Both the position numbers and the translations under genes were made by a program. Under the pieces are notes generated by a model. It was given only the letters and a program-made list of their open reading frames with translations, did not search any database and was not told the origin of the DNA. This document shows positions 9,592 to 19,161 of a DNA stretch of 64,000 nucleotides, piece by piece; position 1 is the stretch's first letter; each line of letters opens with the position of its first letter. This stretch comes from Candidatus Woesearchaeota archaeon (GTDB lineage: Archaea; Nanobdellota; Nanobdellia; Tiddalikarchaeales; Tiddalikarchaeaceae), in contig CAYWEY010000003.1 in assembly GCA_964457955.1 (NCBI GenBank), positions 14,439 to 78,438 on the forward strand. Reading direction: 5' to 3'.

Positions 9592-10254
9592 TTGTTTTTT
9601 ATAAAAAAGTTTATGGTTTCTGATAAAATCTGGGTTTTGATACCTGTTTATAATGAGGAAAGAACAATAAGGGAAGTTGTTTCAAGGACTAAAGAAGTAA
9701 TTCCAAACATATTAATCGTTAATGATGGAAGCACTGATAACACGAACAATATTCTGAACAATATAAAAGATATATGCTTGATTAATATTAGAGAAAATTC
9801 TGGTAAGGCAAATGCTTTGAAAAAAGGTATGGATTATTTGAGAGAAAAAGATGCTGATAAAGTTGTAGTTATTGATGCTGATTTGCAGCATTTACCTGAA
9901 GAAATACCGCGTCTCTTAAATGCTGATGCAGATATTGTTGTTGGAGTGAGAGAAGACAGAGAATCTATGCCTTTAATAAGAAAAATTGGAAACTTTCTTG
10001 CTGCAAAAATAGTGAGTATGCAGACAGGTTTGGACTGCAATGATCCTCAAAGCGGTTTCAGAGCTTTTTCGAAAAAAGCAGTGAATGAATTATCCTTTAA
10101 TGGTGAAAATTTTAATATTGAGAAAAAGGTTTTGTTGGAACTTTCTGAAAAAGATTTAACATATGCAGAGGTTCCAATATCATGCATTTATGAAGAGGAT
10201 GCCCGAGAATCATACTATGATTTTAAAGACTTGTTGGAATTCTTTGGGGAATAG
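9592..10254 (+). CDS. family 2 glycosyltransferase (dolichyl-phosphate mannose/glucose synthase-like)
   Basis: VLIPVYNEE, VNDGSTDNT, VIDADLQH motifs. Confidence 0.75.
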   Translation: MFFIKKFMVSDKIWVLIPVYNEERTIREVVSRTKEVIPNILIVNDGSTDNTNNILNNIKDICLINIRENSGKANALKKGMDYLREKDADKVVVIDADLQHLPEEIPRLLNADADIVVGVREDRESMPLIRKIGNFLAAKIVSMQTGLDCNDPQSGFRAFSKKAVNELSFNGENFNIEKKVLLELSEKDLTYAEVPISCIYEEDARESYYDFKDLLEFFGE

Positions 10255-10284
10255 TTTTATAAAATGATATTCTTTTAAGAAAGT

Positions 10285-10917
10285 ATGGTGCGTTCACTGT
10301 TTTACAAATCAGGTTATTTATATAATTTCATGTTAAATTTCATACATGGTTCAAATTTGAAAAAAAGATATGAAATAGTTTCAAAATTAGTGGGAAAGAA
10401 TAAGAAAGTTTTTGAACCTGCTTGTGGAACAAGTATTACTGCGGACTATTTGGATACTACATGTGATTATGAAGGATGGGATTTGAATAAAGGTTTTATT
10501 AAATATTGCAGGAGAAAAGGACGGGATGTTAAATTAAAAGACATATTTGATTTTAAAGATTATCCGGAAAGCGATATTATAGTAATTATTGATGTTTTGC
10601 ATCATGTTCTTCCTAGACATGATTTGTTGTTAGAAAATGCAAGAAAATATTGTAAGAAATTAATAATTGTTGAACCTTTCATAGACAGAGAGAATAATAA
10701 GATGGATTTTTTGAAGCATTCAAAAAACAAATTTGTTTTTAATTTTTTTAAGATATTTAATCTTTTTTTCGGTGACAACGACGGCATTAATAATACTGAA
10801 TTAATGTATGATTGGGAGCATGATGAAAAAAGCCTGAGAAATTATTTTAACAGGAGAGGGGCTGAAAAAATAATTAAATCAAAATTTGATTTGATTGGTG
10901 TTTTTTTAAAAGATTGA
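10285..10917 (+). CDS. class I SAM-dependent methyltransferase
   Basis: VFEPACGTS (motif I) and DIIVIIDVLHHV (motif II-like). Confidence 0.5.
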   Translation: MVRSLFYKSGYLYNFMLNFIHGSNLKKRYEIVSKLVGKNKKVFEPACGTSITADYLDTTCDYEGWDLNKGFIKYCRRKGRDVKLKDIFDFKDYPESDIIVIIDVLHHVLPRHDLLLENARKYCKKLIIVEPFIDRENNKMDFLKHSKNKFVFNFFKIFNLFFGDNDGINNTELMYDWEHDEKSLRNYFNRRGAEKIIKSKFDLIGVFLKD

Positions 10918-11053
10918 TTTCTTAACAATTATAGAATTAGTTGAAGCAATCGGTCGGCGCAAACATTATTATTATATTTTGATTCAAATCTTTTTTTATA
11001 TTTCTAAGAATTTTTTTTTAAGTCCTTTTAATATATTATTGTGTGGGAATAAT

Positions 11054-11687
11054 TCAAGCATAAATGGGCAATAATACCCTGCTTTTTTTGCATTCTGAGA
11101 ACAATTTTTTGAAATTTATATCTCCTTCCCCCACACATTGATGCATATTCATAACATAATATTTAACTTTTTTGTAATATTCAGCAGGATTTGTTTTTGT
11201 TGTATTCGTGTGCCCAATATCCAGTGTTGATTTTATTCCTTTAACACTTTTTAAAACATTCAAGTATTCTTTAATTTCATGGCATAATAATAATTCATTT
11301 TTATCTAAGTTTTCAAAACAAATATTAATTTTACTGCTTATTGAAACTATTTTTTTTTTAAATTACTAATTAATGATTCATAACTTAAATGCATTGCTGG
11401 ACCAGGTATTTCACGATATCCAGAATGAATTATTAATTTGTCCGCACCAACTTTTTTAGCAAGACTGATTCCTTTCTTTGCATGTTCAAATACTCCTTTC
11501 CTGATTTCAGGAAGCATACTGCTTGTTGGCAAATACTCTGCAGTATGAATAATTAATTTAAGACCACTATTTTTGATTTCTTCTATAGTTTTTGTTTCCA
11601 ATCAATCCCCAGTTCAAACCATTCAAAACCATGATTAACTGCAAAACTCACATCATCAAGAACATTCTGAGTTGTTAAATGACTCAT
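11054..11687 (-). pseudogene. xylose-isomerase-like TIM-barrel protein (sugar phosphate isomerase/epimerase / AP endonuclease 2 family) broken by two frameshifts
   Basis: Three frame pieces: MSHLTTQNVLDDVSFAVNHGFEWFELG; LIIHTAEY...GADKLIIHSGY; LDIGHTN...VMNMHQCVGEGDINF. One shift coincides with a T10 run at 11350-11359, another is near 11600. Confidence 0.5.
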
Positions 11688-11726
11688 AAATCCTATTTCT
11701 GGATTCAATAGTATAAAAATTATATC

Positions 11727-11895
11727 GGGCTCGAGGGGATTTGAACCCCCGACCTACTGCTTAATCCCCTAAATATGTTCATAGTAGGTCAGTGTCTTCA
11801 TATGATTTCATGAGTAAAATCTCAGTTGACCTTCTTCTAATCATAATTTTTTAGGTTAGGAGGCAGTCGCTCTATCCAAACTGAGCTACGAGCCC
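11727..11895 (-). tRNA. tRNA-Arg (anticodon CCT) with a 95-nt intron at the canonical 37/38 position
   Basis: 5' exon 11857-11895 (GGGCUCGUAGCUCAGUUUGGAUAGAGCGACUGCCUCCUA) and 3' exon 11727-11761 (AGCAGUAGGUCGGGGGUUCAAAUCCCCUCGAGCCC) join to a 74-nt cloverleaf; intron 11762-11856. Confidence 0.7.
11789..11844 (-). ncRNA. candidate C/D-box sRNA embedded in the tRNA-Arg(CCT) intron
   Basis: In tRNA orientation: AUGAUUA (C-like), 12 nt, CUGA (D'), 10 nt, AUGAAAU (weak C'), 12 nt, CUGA (D). 56 nt, typical archaeal C/D sRNA size; the C box deviates from RUGAUGA. Confidence 0.35.
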
Positions 11896-12397
11896 ACAAA
11901 TAATATAATCGAATTTTGTTTTTTTTAAACTTTTACTTTAGATTCTTGAATAAACCATTTATTCAAGTAATTGTCTGCATTAACACTTCTCTTGTTATAC
12001 TCTATTTTTTTTTCTAAAACGTTTTTAAAATAATCTCTATACTCTTTTCTTTATTCATGCCTGGATTGAATAAAATATTCAATTAACTCCTGTCGCTGAA
12101 AAGATTTTCATCATTCAATTCTTTGTATAATCCGCGAAGTTCATCCACCATATTATTGAGGTTAAATTAAAGACTCCTCTTCATTTATATTTCGGAAGAT
12201 TTCTAAGAACCATAAGAGAATTCTCAATAATAATTCCTGTATTTTAATGTTTTCTTTAAACTATTCCTTCTCTGAGAATACTGGCACCGCATAATGAAAT
12301 CAGGCAAATATCAGAACCAGTATTATCAATTATCTTATTTTTATTAATCATCTAATTTGAGAAAATAATATTTTTCTTTTTTAAATTTTTGTTGAAG

Positions 12398-12472
12398 CGG
12401 CCCCGGAGGGATTTGAACCCCCGATCTACTGCTTAGAAGGCAGCCGCCTTATCCAGACTAGGCTACGGGGCC
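12398..12472 (-). tRNA. tRNA-Arg (anticodon TCT)
   Basis: Cloverleaf: acceptor GGCCCCG, anticodon loop CUUCUAA; T-arm and variable region nearly identical to the intron-containing tRNA-Arg(CCT). Confidence 0.8.
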
Positions 12473-12518
12473 GTATTATTAAAAAGTGTTTTTTTGTTTT
12501 TAAAAACTTTTATAATAA

Positions 12519-13145
12519 TTGCTGAGAATATTACTATTCATGCTAGAATTAATTCAGGGATTGAAATTCTTTGAGAATAATGGTTTTAGTCTTGCAGAAT
12601 ATTATGTATGCAAAAATAAGAAGCAGTTATTAAGTTCTTTTAAGAAGATGAATCCTCCTGTTGTTATGAAAATAAGCAGTTCAGAACATTCTCATAAGAC
12701 TGAAATTGGTGGTGTTATTACAGGAATTAAGACCAAGGATGAATTGTTGAATAAATATGAAGAACTCAGTGAAATTAGTGATAATATTATTCTTCAGAAC
12801 CAGATAAGTGGAGTGGAAGTGATTATTGGAGTGCATAATGACCCTGTTTTTAATCAAGTCTTAATGTTTGGTGTTGGAGGAATATTTGTTGAATTATTCA
12901 AAGATGTGAGTTTCCGCAAGTGTCCAATAAATTTAGGTGATGCTGGGCAGATGATTAATGAAATAAAAAGTTCAGAACTTCTCAAAGGATACCGTGGCAG
13001 AAAAGTTAACAGGAGAAAATTAAAAAAATTATTAGTAAGGATTTCAGAACTGGCTGTGGAAGAAACTATTGATAGTTTGGACCTTAATCCTGTTATTCTT
13101 ACAAAAAAAGATTATTTTATTGTTGATGTGCGGTTAAGCCAGTAA
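12519..13145 (+). CDS. acetyl-CoA synthetase (ADP-forming) beta subunit / ATP-grasp domain
   Basis: PVVMKISSSEHSHKTEIGGV, GVHNDPVFNQVLMFGVGGIFVELFKDVSFR, LDLNPV: the ACD beta pattern. Confidence 0.65.
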   Translation: MLRILLFMLELIQGLKFFENNGFSLAEYYVCKNKKQLLSSFKKMNPPVVMKISSSEHSHKTEIGGVITGIKTKDELLNKYEELSEISDNIILQNQISGVEVIIGVHNDPVFNQVLMFGVGGIFVELFKDVSFRKCPINLGDAGQMINEIKSSELLKGYRGRKVNRRKLKKLLVRISELAVEETIDSLDLNPVILTKKDYFIVDVRLSQ

Positions 13146-14854
13146 TGGTAAACTTTGCATGATTCACTTACTAATTCTACTTCAGAGGAAATTATTCCAA
13201 GACTTATTTCCCTAACACCTCTTGTTGGAGAGAAACTATTGTTATTAATTATGAAAGGTTCTCTGCAGTCAACTCGTACTGTCAGATTATACTCTGAAAG
13301 ATTAGTGCTGAAGGATTGTTCACCATTTACAAGTCTGTAAGTATCTATCTCTCCATTAATCTTTCTAGTTCCTGAAATGATTGAGCGATTAATTTCACTC
13401 TTAATCCTGTTCTCTATACTTATTTGGTTCGAGAAGTTGTGTCTTGATTCACTTATTATGTCACCAACATTAACAGAGTCATCACTGGATTCTCCAACAC
13501 TACTCCAGTTGCATTTGAATAATTGGAATGGTGTGAGAACTGAACTTGCATAACCCATATCTTTTTCAAAAATTAGTCTGCACATAGTACTGTTTATAAG
13601 AAAATCTTGTCTTCCTTTAATATCAAAAATATAATCAGGCCTCACCCTACTCCAGTAAGCATAATGTGTTCCTGCCTCGATATACGGGATTATTTCCGGA
13701 GTAGCTATACCCAACGTATCACTTACTATGGTTGTATTGGAATAGTATCCTATCACACCAATATCAGGTATTGATATTTTTCCTTCCATAATACTTGCTG
13801 CATTTAAGTGTTGTTCCTGAATAGCTTTAATTGAGTAAAAACTATTCAAAGTGAAGGGAATGATGAAAAGAATCATGAATATAAATAGCAAATAATTCAT
13901 TCTTTTTTTAAAGTAGTTAGTAAGGAATATTAGGAGTGTGGGTCCAAAAATCACGTATCTATGCATATGCCCAAGTATGTTAAGATTCAGTATAATATAG
14001 AAGAAAACTATTGTCAGGAAATAAATAAATATTTTTTTTCTCTTTTTAAAAAAAAGTATTATGCTGAGAATTGTTATTAATGCACCAATTATTATCAAAT
14101 AAACAATGAAGGGAATGATTAATTTCATTGAACCCATCACAGGAAAATTCTTGTTTAAAACTATTTTAAGATATGCTTTTTTAGCCCAGTAAGTATCAGG
14201 AAATATAGTTCCATTAATTGAAAGACAAGTTATTATCCATGGAGATATTATTAACAAAAATATTGGCAAGTGTTTGAAAAATTCAAATCTTTTCCGGAAT
14301 AAGTAAATGCCTGATATGATTAAGTATAATATTATACTTTCAGGTCTTAAGAGAAATGATACTCCGCAAAGAATTGTTATTATCAAATAATTGTTTTTTA
14401 TGAAATAATAAAATATTGTCAGGAATACTAATACATAAAGGGTCGACTCCATTCCAGTAAATAAATTCCACATAAATAATGGTTCTATACAAAGTATTAG
14501 TGAAGAAATCCATGCCTTTTCATCATTAAAAACAGTTTTAACTAGTTTATAGAAAAATAATACTGTTATAACTCCTATTAATAAATTAATTATGAAAGGT
14601 ATTATTATCTTGTCACCAAAAATTTTTATAAAAACTATTAATATACCTGTCCATAAAGGACTGCTTGTAGCAATAGTTTCTGATGCATAAGGACTATACT
14701 TAAAATAATCCTGATTTAAGAATTGTTTGGCATATTTCATATGAATATATGCATCATCTAATGAATAAATAAAACCGTTCTGGAATAAGAAAATACTTAT
14801 TATTAATCTAATTGTAAAGTATAATGTGAATAAGTAAAAAATTTTTCTCTTCAT
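13112..14854 (-). CDS. large polytopic membrane protein, GT-C-like (ArnT/PMT-type) putative glycosyltransferase
   Basis: 580 aa, ~12 TM helices, acidic SLDDAYIHMKY motif in first external loop, ~200-aa C-terminal soluble domain with many N-x-S/T sites. Confidence 0.35.
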   Translation of the reverse strand: MKRKIFYLFTLYFTIRLIISIFLFQNGFIYSLDDAYIHMKYAKQFLNQDYFKYSPYASETIATSSPLWTGILIVFIKIFGDKIIIPFIINLLIGVITVLFFYKLVKTVFNDEKAWISSLILCIEPLFMWNLFTGMESTLYVLVFLTIFYYFIKNNYLIITILCGVSFLLRPESIILYLIISGIYLFRKRFEFFKHLPIFLLIISPWIITCLSINGTIFPDTYWAKKAYLKIVLNKNFPVMGSMKLIIPFIVYLIIIGALITILSIILFFKKRKKIFIYFLTIVFFYIILNLNILGHMHRYVIFGPTLLIFLTNYFKKRMNYLLFIFMILFIIPFTLNSFYSIKAIQEQHLNAASIMEGKISIPDIGVIGYYSNTTIVSDTLGIATPEIIPYIEAGTHYAYWSRVRPDYIFDIKGRQDFLINSTMCRLIFEKDMGYASSVLTPFQLFKCNWSSVGESSDDSVNVGDIISESRHNFSNQISIENRIKSEINRSIISGTRKINGEIDTYRLVNGEQSFSTNLSEYNLTVRVDCREPFIINNNSFSPTRGVREISLGIISSEVELVSESCKVYHYWLNRTSTIK

Positions 14855-14880
14855 CAGTAAGAAGAATTTTTTATAGTTTT

Positions 14881-16146
14881 TTAATTTTTTGAACTGATAT
14901 TGTATAATGAATAATACTTGTTTTCCCAGATAATATTGTAGTGTTTATTTAAGAAATACCAGTCATTAACTAATGGATTACAGTATTTGCAGTGAAGAAC
15001 AAAACCATAATTTTTAGTTGCTTCTTCATATTCACTTATTGTTCTGTAAATAGTGGGGGAGAATTTCACGGGATTATTCTCTCTGAAACTCCCAACTCCA
15101 AGCACAATATTATTTTTAGGAAAATGATAAATTGCAGGAAGGAACATGTAATCAACAACTCTTATACTTCCACTAATATTTTTAGGAAAATTTTCAGAAA
15201 CATCATTAGTTAGTAATTCAGTATGTGGGAGAGTCAAATTAGTAGTTATTCTCATCATTTCCATAGTAATAATGCTCACTATTATAATTATTAAGATTAT
15301 TCTTATAATAGTCTGTCTTGAATACCAGAATTTTTTAATAATTTTTTCTACTTCTTTGTTGAATTTTTTGGTTCTTTTCTTGACTTTTTTAGAGTCAATG
15401 CTCAAATTCTTTAATATTTTATTTATTGATTCTTCATAATCTTCTACAGAATTACTGATTTTTCTGGTTATTTCCGAAAATAAGTCTTCTTTTATTAAAA
15501 TAGGTGAAAGCAGTATAATAGATCTGAATATTATAACTACAGGATAATAAAATTCTATTTCTGAATTTTTAGAAAAAAAGAAGCTGATTATTAAGAAATA
15601 CATTATTATTATTGAAGTGATTATTGACCAAGTTTTTTTGTCTTTTAACACAAAATAGGATGCAGGAATAAGTGTAAAGGGGTGATTAATGCATGCAATT
15701 ATCATCGGAATCTCCCAGTGTTTTTTTCTCTTATACTGGTATAATGAGTACCAGAATAGTGTTAATGAAAATGCAGAAACATAAGAATCTGTTGTTGTAA
15801 AAAATGCAAGAGAGAGAATCAATAGTGATGCAGTAATAGTGTCTTTTTTCAAGAATTTTGTTATTAAAAAAGTATTGATTAAGATAAGGATAAAAATTAT
15901 TATGTCAACAGTTAAGTAATCAAAAACAGGATATAATAATCCTGAAACTATATAACTTATTATTCCGTAACTAAAAGTTAGTTGTTCTCCATCAAGAAGA
16001 TAAGGATCTTTTAATAAAATTTTTCTCTGTGTTATCATCCGATTATACAACCAAGTATTATGAAGATGTAGAGTTAAATCATGAGATGGATGAAACTGGA
16101 CTAATAATAGGAACAATACTGCAATAAGAATTATTTTTTTTCTCAT
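14881..16146 (-). CDS. polytopic membrane protein, paralog A (unknown family)
   Basis: 421 aa; N-terminal HLHNTWLYNRM motif, ~11 TM, C-terminal soluble domain VVDYMFLP...GSFREN...KYCNP...IWENKYYSLYN shared with neighbour. Confidence 0.45.
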   Translation of the reverse strand: MRKKIILIAVLFLLLVQFHPSHDLTLHLHNTWLYNRMITQRKILLKDPYLLDGEQLTFSYGIISYIVSGLLYPVFDYLTVDIIIFILILINTFLITKFLKKDTITASLLILSLAFFTTTDSYVSAFSLTLFWYSLYQYKRKKHWEIPMIIACINHPFTLIPASYFVLKDKKTWSIITSIIIMYFLIISFFFSKNSEIEFYYPVVIIFRSIILLSPILIKEDLFSEITRKISNSVEDYEESINKILKNLSIDSKKVKKRTKKFNKEVEKIIKKFWYSRQTIIRIILIIIIVSIITMEMMRITTNLTLPHTELLTNDVSENFPKNISGSIRVVDYMFLPAIYHFPKNNIVLGVGSFRENNPVKFSPTIYRTISEYEEATKNYGFVLHCKYCNPLVNDWYFLNKHYNIIWENKYYSLYNISSKN

Positions 16147-16148
16147 AC

Positions 16149-17291
16149 TTAATCCACATTGTACAAATAATAATACTTATTCTCCCACACTATATCATAG
16201 TTGTCTTTTAGTATTTCTCTCTCATTGCTCTGCGGATTGCACATTTTGCAGAATAATACGTAACTGACGTTAATACTGTTAATATATTCTTCATATTGTT
16301 CTGTATTATTCCATGTTGTTTTAACCATGTGCTGATTATTATTCTCTCTGAAACTTCCTGCATCACCAATAGTTATATTGTGTAAGGGCAGTTCAAAGAT
16401 ACTCGGCAGATAAATATAGTCAACAACTCTAACATTTTCTTCTATATCTGGAATTCCTGTGAACATTCCTGACACCATTGGATTAAAACTTGGTTGGTAA
16501 ACTAAAACATATATTGTAAGAGTTAATCCGAAGCCACATAATAATGTGACTATTAATAATGTTGAGTAAAAAGGAAATTTTATTTTGCTTATTTTTTCAA
16601 TAATCTTGACATGTTTTAACTTAATCTTGCCATAATATAATAGGAGGAACACAGGCATGAAATTTAGTAATACTCTTGCCAGAAGCATGAAAATAGTGTA
16701 TACTGGTAAATACACTCCACCAGTGAATATTTTTGAAGCAACTGCAAAATAAGAGAACAATAGTGAGGTTGGAATTATAAGAATGGGTTCGCTTATAGCA
16801 AATACTAATGTTGAAACAAGAGTGTAAGGATGATTGAACCCACTTATGAATACTGGAAAATACCACCACTTTTTTTTGTTAAAATAAGCGTAGCAACCTA
16901 GCCAGAACATTGTGTTTGAAAAACAAGCAGTTAATGCATCATGCTGGATGAAGAAAAAATTACTTAATAATATGTATGATGTCCACGAATCCTTTTTTAA
17001 CCATTTAATAAGAACAAAATAAGATATTATTACTGAACCTGCTATTAAGAAGTTAACAGTCTGTACTCCTGTTAAAAACCATAATAATCCTCCAAGAGAA
17101 TACACTACTACTCCATAAGCATAAGTTATTTGCCCTCCAAGAAAAGGATCCTGTGAATAATAATCCCATTCCTTAATCATCTGATTATACAACCAACAGT
17201 TATGTGTATGGTGGGTGAAATCAAGTCCGTTAAAGGAGAAAGTCAGAATTAAAAGAAAGATTAGTATCAGAGTGCTCCATTTATATTTCAT
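16149..17291 (-). CDS. polytopic membrane protein, paralog B (unknown family)
   Basis: 380 aa; HTHNCWLYNQM and VVDYIYLP...GSFREN...KMCNP...VWENKYYYLYN align with paralog A; genes 3 nt apart. Confidence 0.45.
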   Translation of the reverse strand: MKYKWSTLILIFLLILTFSFNGLDFTHHTHNCWLYNQMIKEWDYYSQDPFLGGQITYAYGVVVYSLGGLLWFLTGVQTVNFLIAGSVIISYFVLIKWLKKDSWTSYILLSNFFFIQHDALTACFSNTMFWLGCYAYFNKKKWWYFPVFISGFNHPYTLVSTLVFAISEPILIIPTSLLFSYFAVASKIFTGGVYLPVYTIFMLLARVLLNFMPVFLLLYYGKIKLKHVKIIEKISKIKFPFYSTLLIVTLLCGFGLTLTIYVLVYQPSFNPMVSGMFTGIPDIEENVRVVDYIYLPSIFELPLHNITIGDAGSFRENNNQHMVKTTWNNTEQYEEYINSINVSYVLFCKMCNPQSNEREILKDNYDIVWENKYYYLYNVD

Positions 17292-17327
17292 GCCAATAAA
17301 TAAAAAGACCTTTGTTTTTAAAAATTG

Positions 17328-18641
17328 TTATTTGAATATTTTTGAAATTATTTCTGCAAACTCAAAAGGTTCTTCAAAATTAATGATGTTGTTTTTTTCT
17401 AGAATCTTTCTCCCTTCAATCACACTGTCTCCCCCCATAAAACATGTTATGACTTTCTTGTTTTTTTCTTTGAAATTCACTAATGCTTTTGCTGTTTTTT
17501 TAGGTTCAGTCATGTCTTGGGGAGTTAATATGCATAATAAAATATCATAAAAATCTTTTTTTTCTAAAATCTCCATACTTTTTTCATATCGTTCTGCAGG
17601 AGCATCTCCAACAACATCAATAGGATTATTGTGGCTCCAGTTATTAGGAAGAAACTTGTTCAATTTTTTTTTTACTTTTTCAGGGAGAAGAGGTATTTTC
17701 ATCCCAAAGTTTTCACAAGCATCACTTGCAAGAACACCTGGTCCCCCTGCATTAGATAATATGCATACTTTATTTCCTTTTAGTCTTCCGTACTTCTCAT
17801 AAACTTCTGCGAGTTTAAACATTTCTTTCAGATTATTTACTTCAATCGCACCACCCTGCTTGAATATTCCGTTGTATACTTTTTCTGAACCTGCAAGACT
17901 GCCGGTATGACTGCTTGCTGCTCTCACACCTGCTTTTGATTTTCCTGCCTTAAGAACAATAATGGGTTTTTTGCAATTCTTCAAGCTTTTCAGGAATCTA
18001 TCTCCATCTTTCACTCCTTCAATATAAAGACAGATTATTTTAGTATTATCATCTTTTCCTAAATAATTAATAACATGTCCAAAGTTAGTGTTAATCATGT
18101 TACCCATACTGATGAATTTTGAGAATCCTCTTTTTTTCTTAATCGCTTCATCCAGTACAGCAACACCTAATGCTCCTGACTGTGATACGAAAGCTGTGGG
18201 AGAATATTCTGGTATTCCTTTAAAAAAACTTGCGTTCATCCTGTTCTGAGTGTTTATTATTCCCAGACAATTAGGGCCAATTATATTAATATCGTGTTTT
18301 TCGGTTTTTTTAAGAACTTTATTACTTAATTCTTCATTACCAACTTCTGAAAATCCCGCGCTTATGATAACAACATTCTTAATATTTTTTTCTCCGCACT
18401 CATCAATAATGTTGGGAACGAACTTAGCAGGAATACAGACAATTACTAAGTCAATACTGTCAGAGTAATCCTTAATATTTTTATATGCTTTAACTCCCTG
18501 AACTTTCTTACTATCAATATTTATTGGTATTGTCTTAAATCCTTCTTTTTTCAGGTTTTTGAAAACAACATAACCTACTTTTCCTTCAGTATTGCTGGCA
18601 CCAATTACAGCAATAGTTTCGGGATTAAAGAATTCATCCAT
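17328..18641 (-). CDS. acetyl-CoA synthetase (ADP-forming) alpha subunit (CoA-binding + succinyl-CoA-synthetase-like domains)
   Basis: PETIAVIGASNTEGKVGY, IIGPNCLGIINT, SQSGALG motifs. Confidence 0.75.
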   Translation of the reverse strand: MDEFFNPETIAVIGASNTEGKVGYVVFKNLKKEGFKTIPINIDSKKVQGVKAYKNIKDYSDSIDLVIVCIPAKFVPNIIDECGEKNIKNVVIISAGFSEVGNEELSNKVLKKTEKHDINIIGPNCLGIINTQNRMNASFFKGIPEYSPTAFVSQSGALGVAVLDEAIKKKRGFSKFISMGNMINTNFGHVINYLGKDDNTKIICLYIEGVKDGDRFLKSLKNCKKPIIVLKAGKSKAGVRAASSHTGSLAGSEKVYNGIFKQGGAIEVNNLKEMFKLAEVYEKYGRLKGNKVCILSNAGGPGVLASDACENFGMKIPLLPEKVKKKLNKFLPNNWSHNNPIDVVGDAPAERYEKSMEILEKKDFYDILLCILTPQDMTEPKKTAKALVNFKEKNKKVITCFMGGDSVIEGRKILEKNNIINFEEPFEFAEIISKIFK

Positions 18642-18887
18642 AATAATTAATTGAAATCTTGCCGTGTTTTAAAAGAGTTTTCAAAATCCGAAAGGATTCG
18701 TCCAGTGAAAAATCAGAACTAATATTATGAACACAATACTTACAAAAATGAGTTGTTTTGGAGAAATTGATAATTTGCTGAAACTATCCTCAAAATACTG
18801 TACTATTCCACCACTGCTTGAAGGCATGCGGACTTTTCCTTTTCCCATAATAATAGTAATTAGAAATAAACCTTTTTTAAAACTTTT

Positions 18888-19082
18888 CTATTTAATGTAA
18901 TTGTTTATTTTCTTAACACATCTTTCTGCTAAATCATGCCTGTCTGCTTCTTCATATAATTTTTTCGCATCTTCAAGAAGTTTAACAGCATAATCCTTTT
19001 CTTCCTTTTTTGCTTTTTTCTCGAGTTTAAGAGCTTCTTTAACTAATTCTTTATCATGATTCAGTATACTGCACAGTGTCAT
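18888..19082 (-). CDS. small K/E-rich hypothetical protein
   Basis: 64 aa; preceded by conserved promoter-like motif shared with ORF 19636-19869. Confidence 0.35.
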   Translation of the reverse strand: MTLCSILNHDKELVKEALKLEKKAKKEEKDYAVKLLEDAKKLYEEADRHDLAERCVKKINNYIK

Positions 19083-19123
19083 GACTAATATAAAGAAAAA
19101 AACAACATTAAAAATGTTACTAT
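19083..19123 (-). promoter_or_regulatory. putative BRE/TATA promoter (copy A of a duplicated ~40-nt motif) for a leaderless transcript
   Basis: Minus strand ATAGTAACATTTTTAATGTTGTTTTTTTCTTTATATTAGTC directly before ATG; TTTTTAAT at -32 to -25. Confidence 0.3.
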
Positions 19124-19161
19124 TAATTAGTGACTATTTATTTAATATATAAATATAAGTT

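Noticed and set aside
16621-18468. ORFs 16621-16869(-), 17215-17550(+), 18250-18468(+)
   Set aside because: Internal/antisense to membrane paralog B and ACD alpha; no independent support
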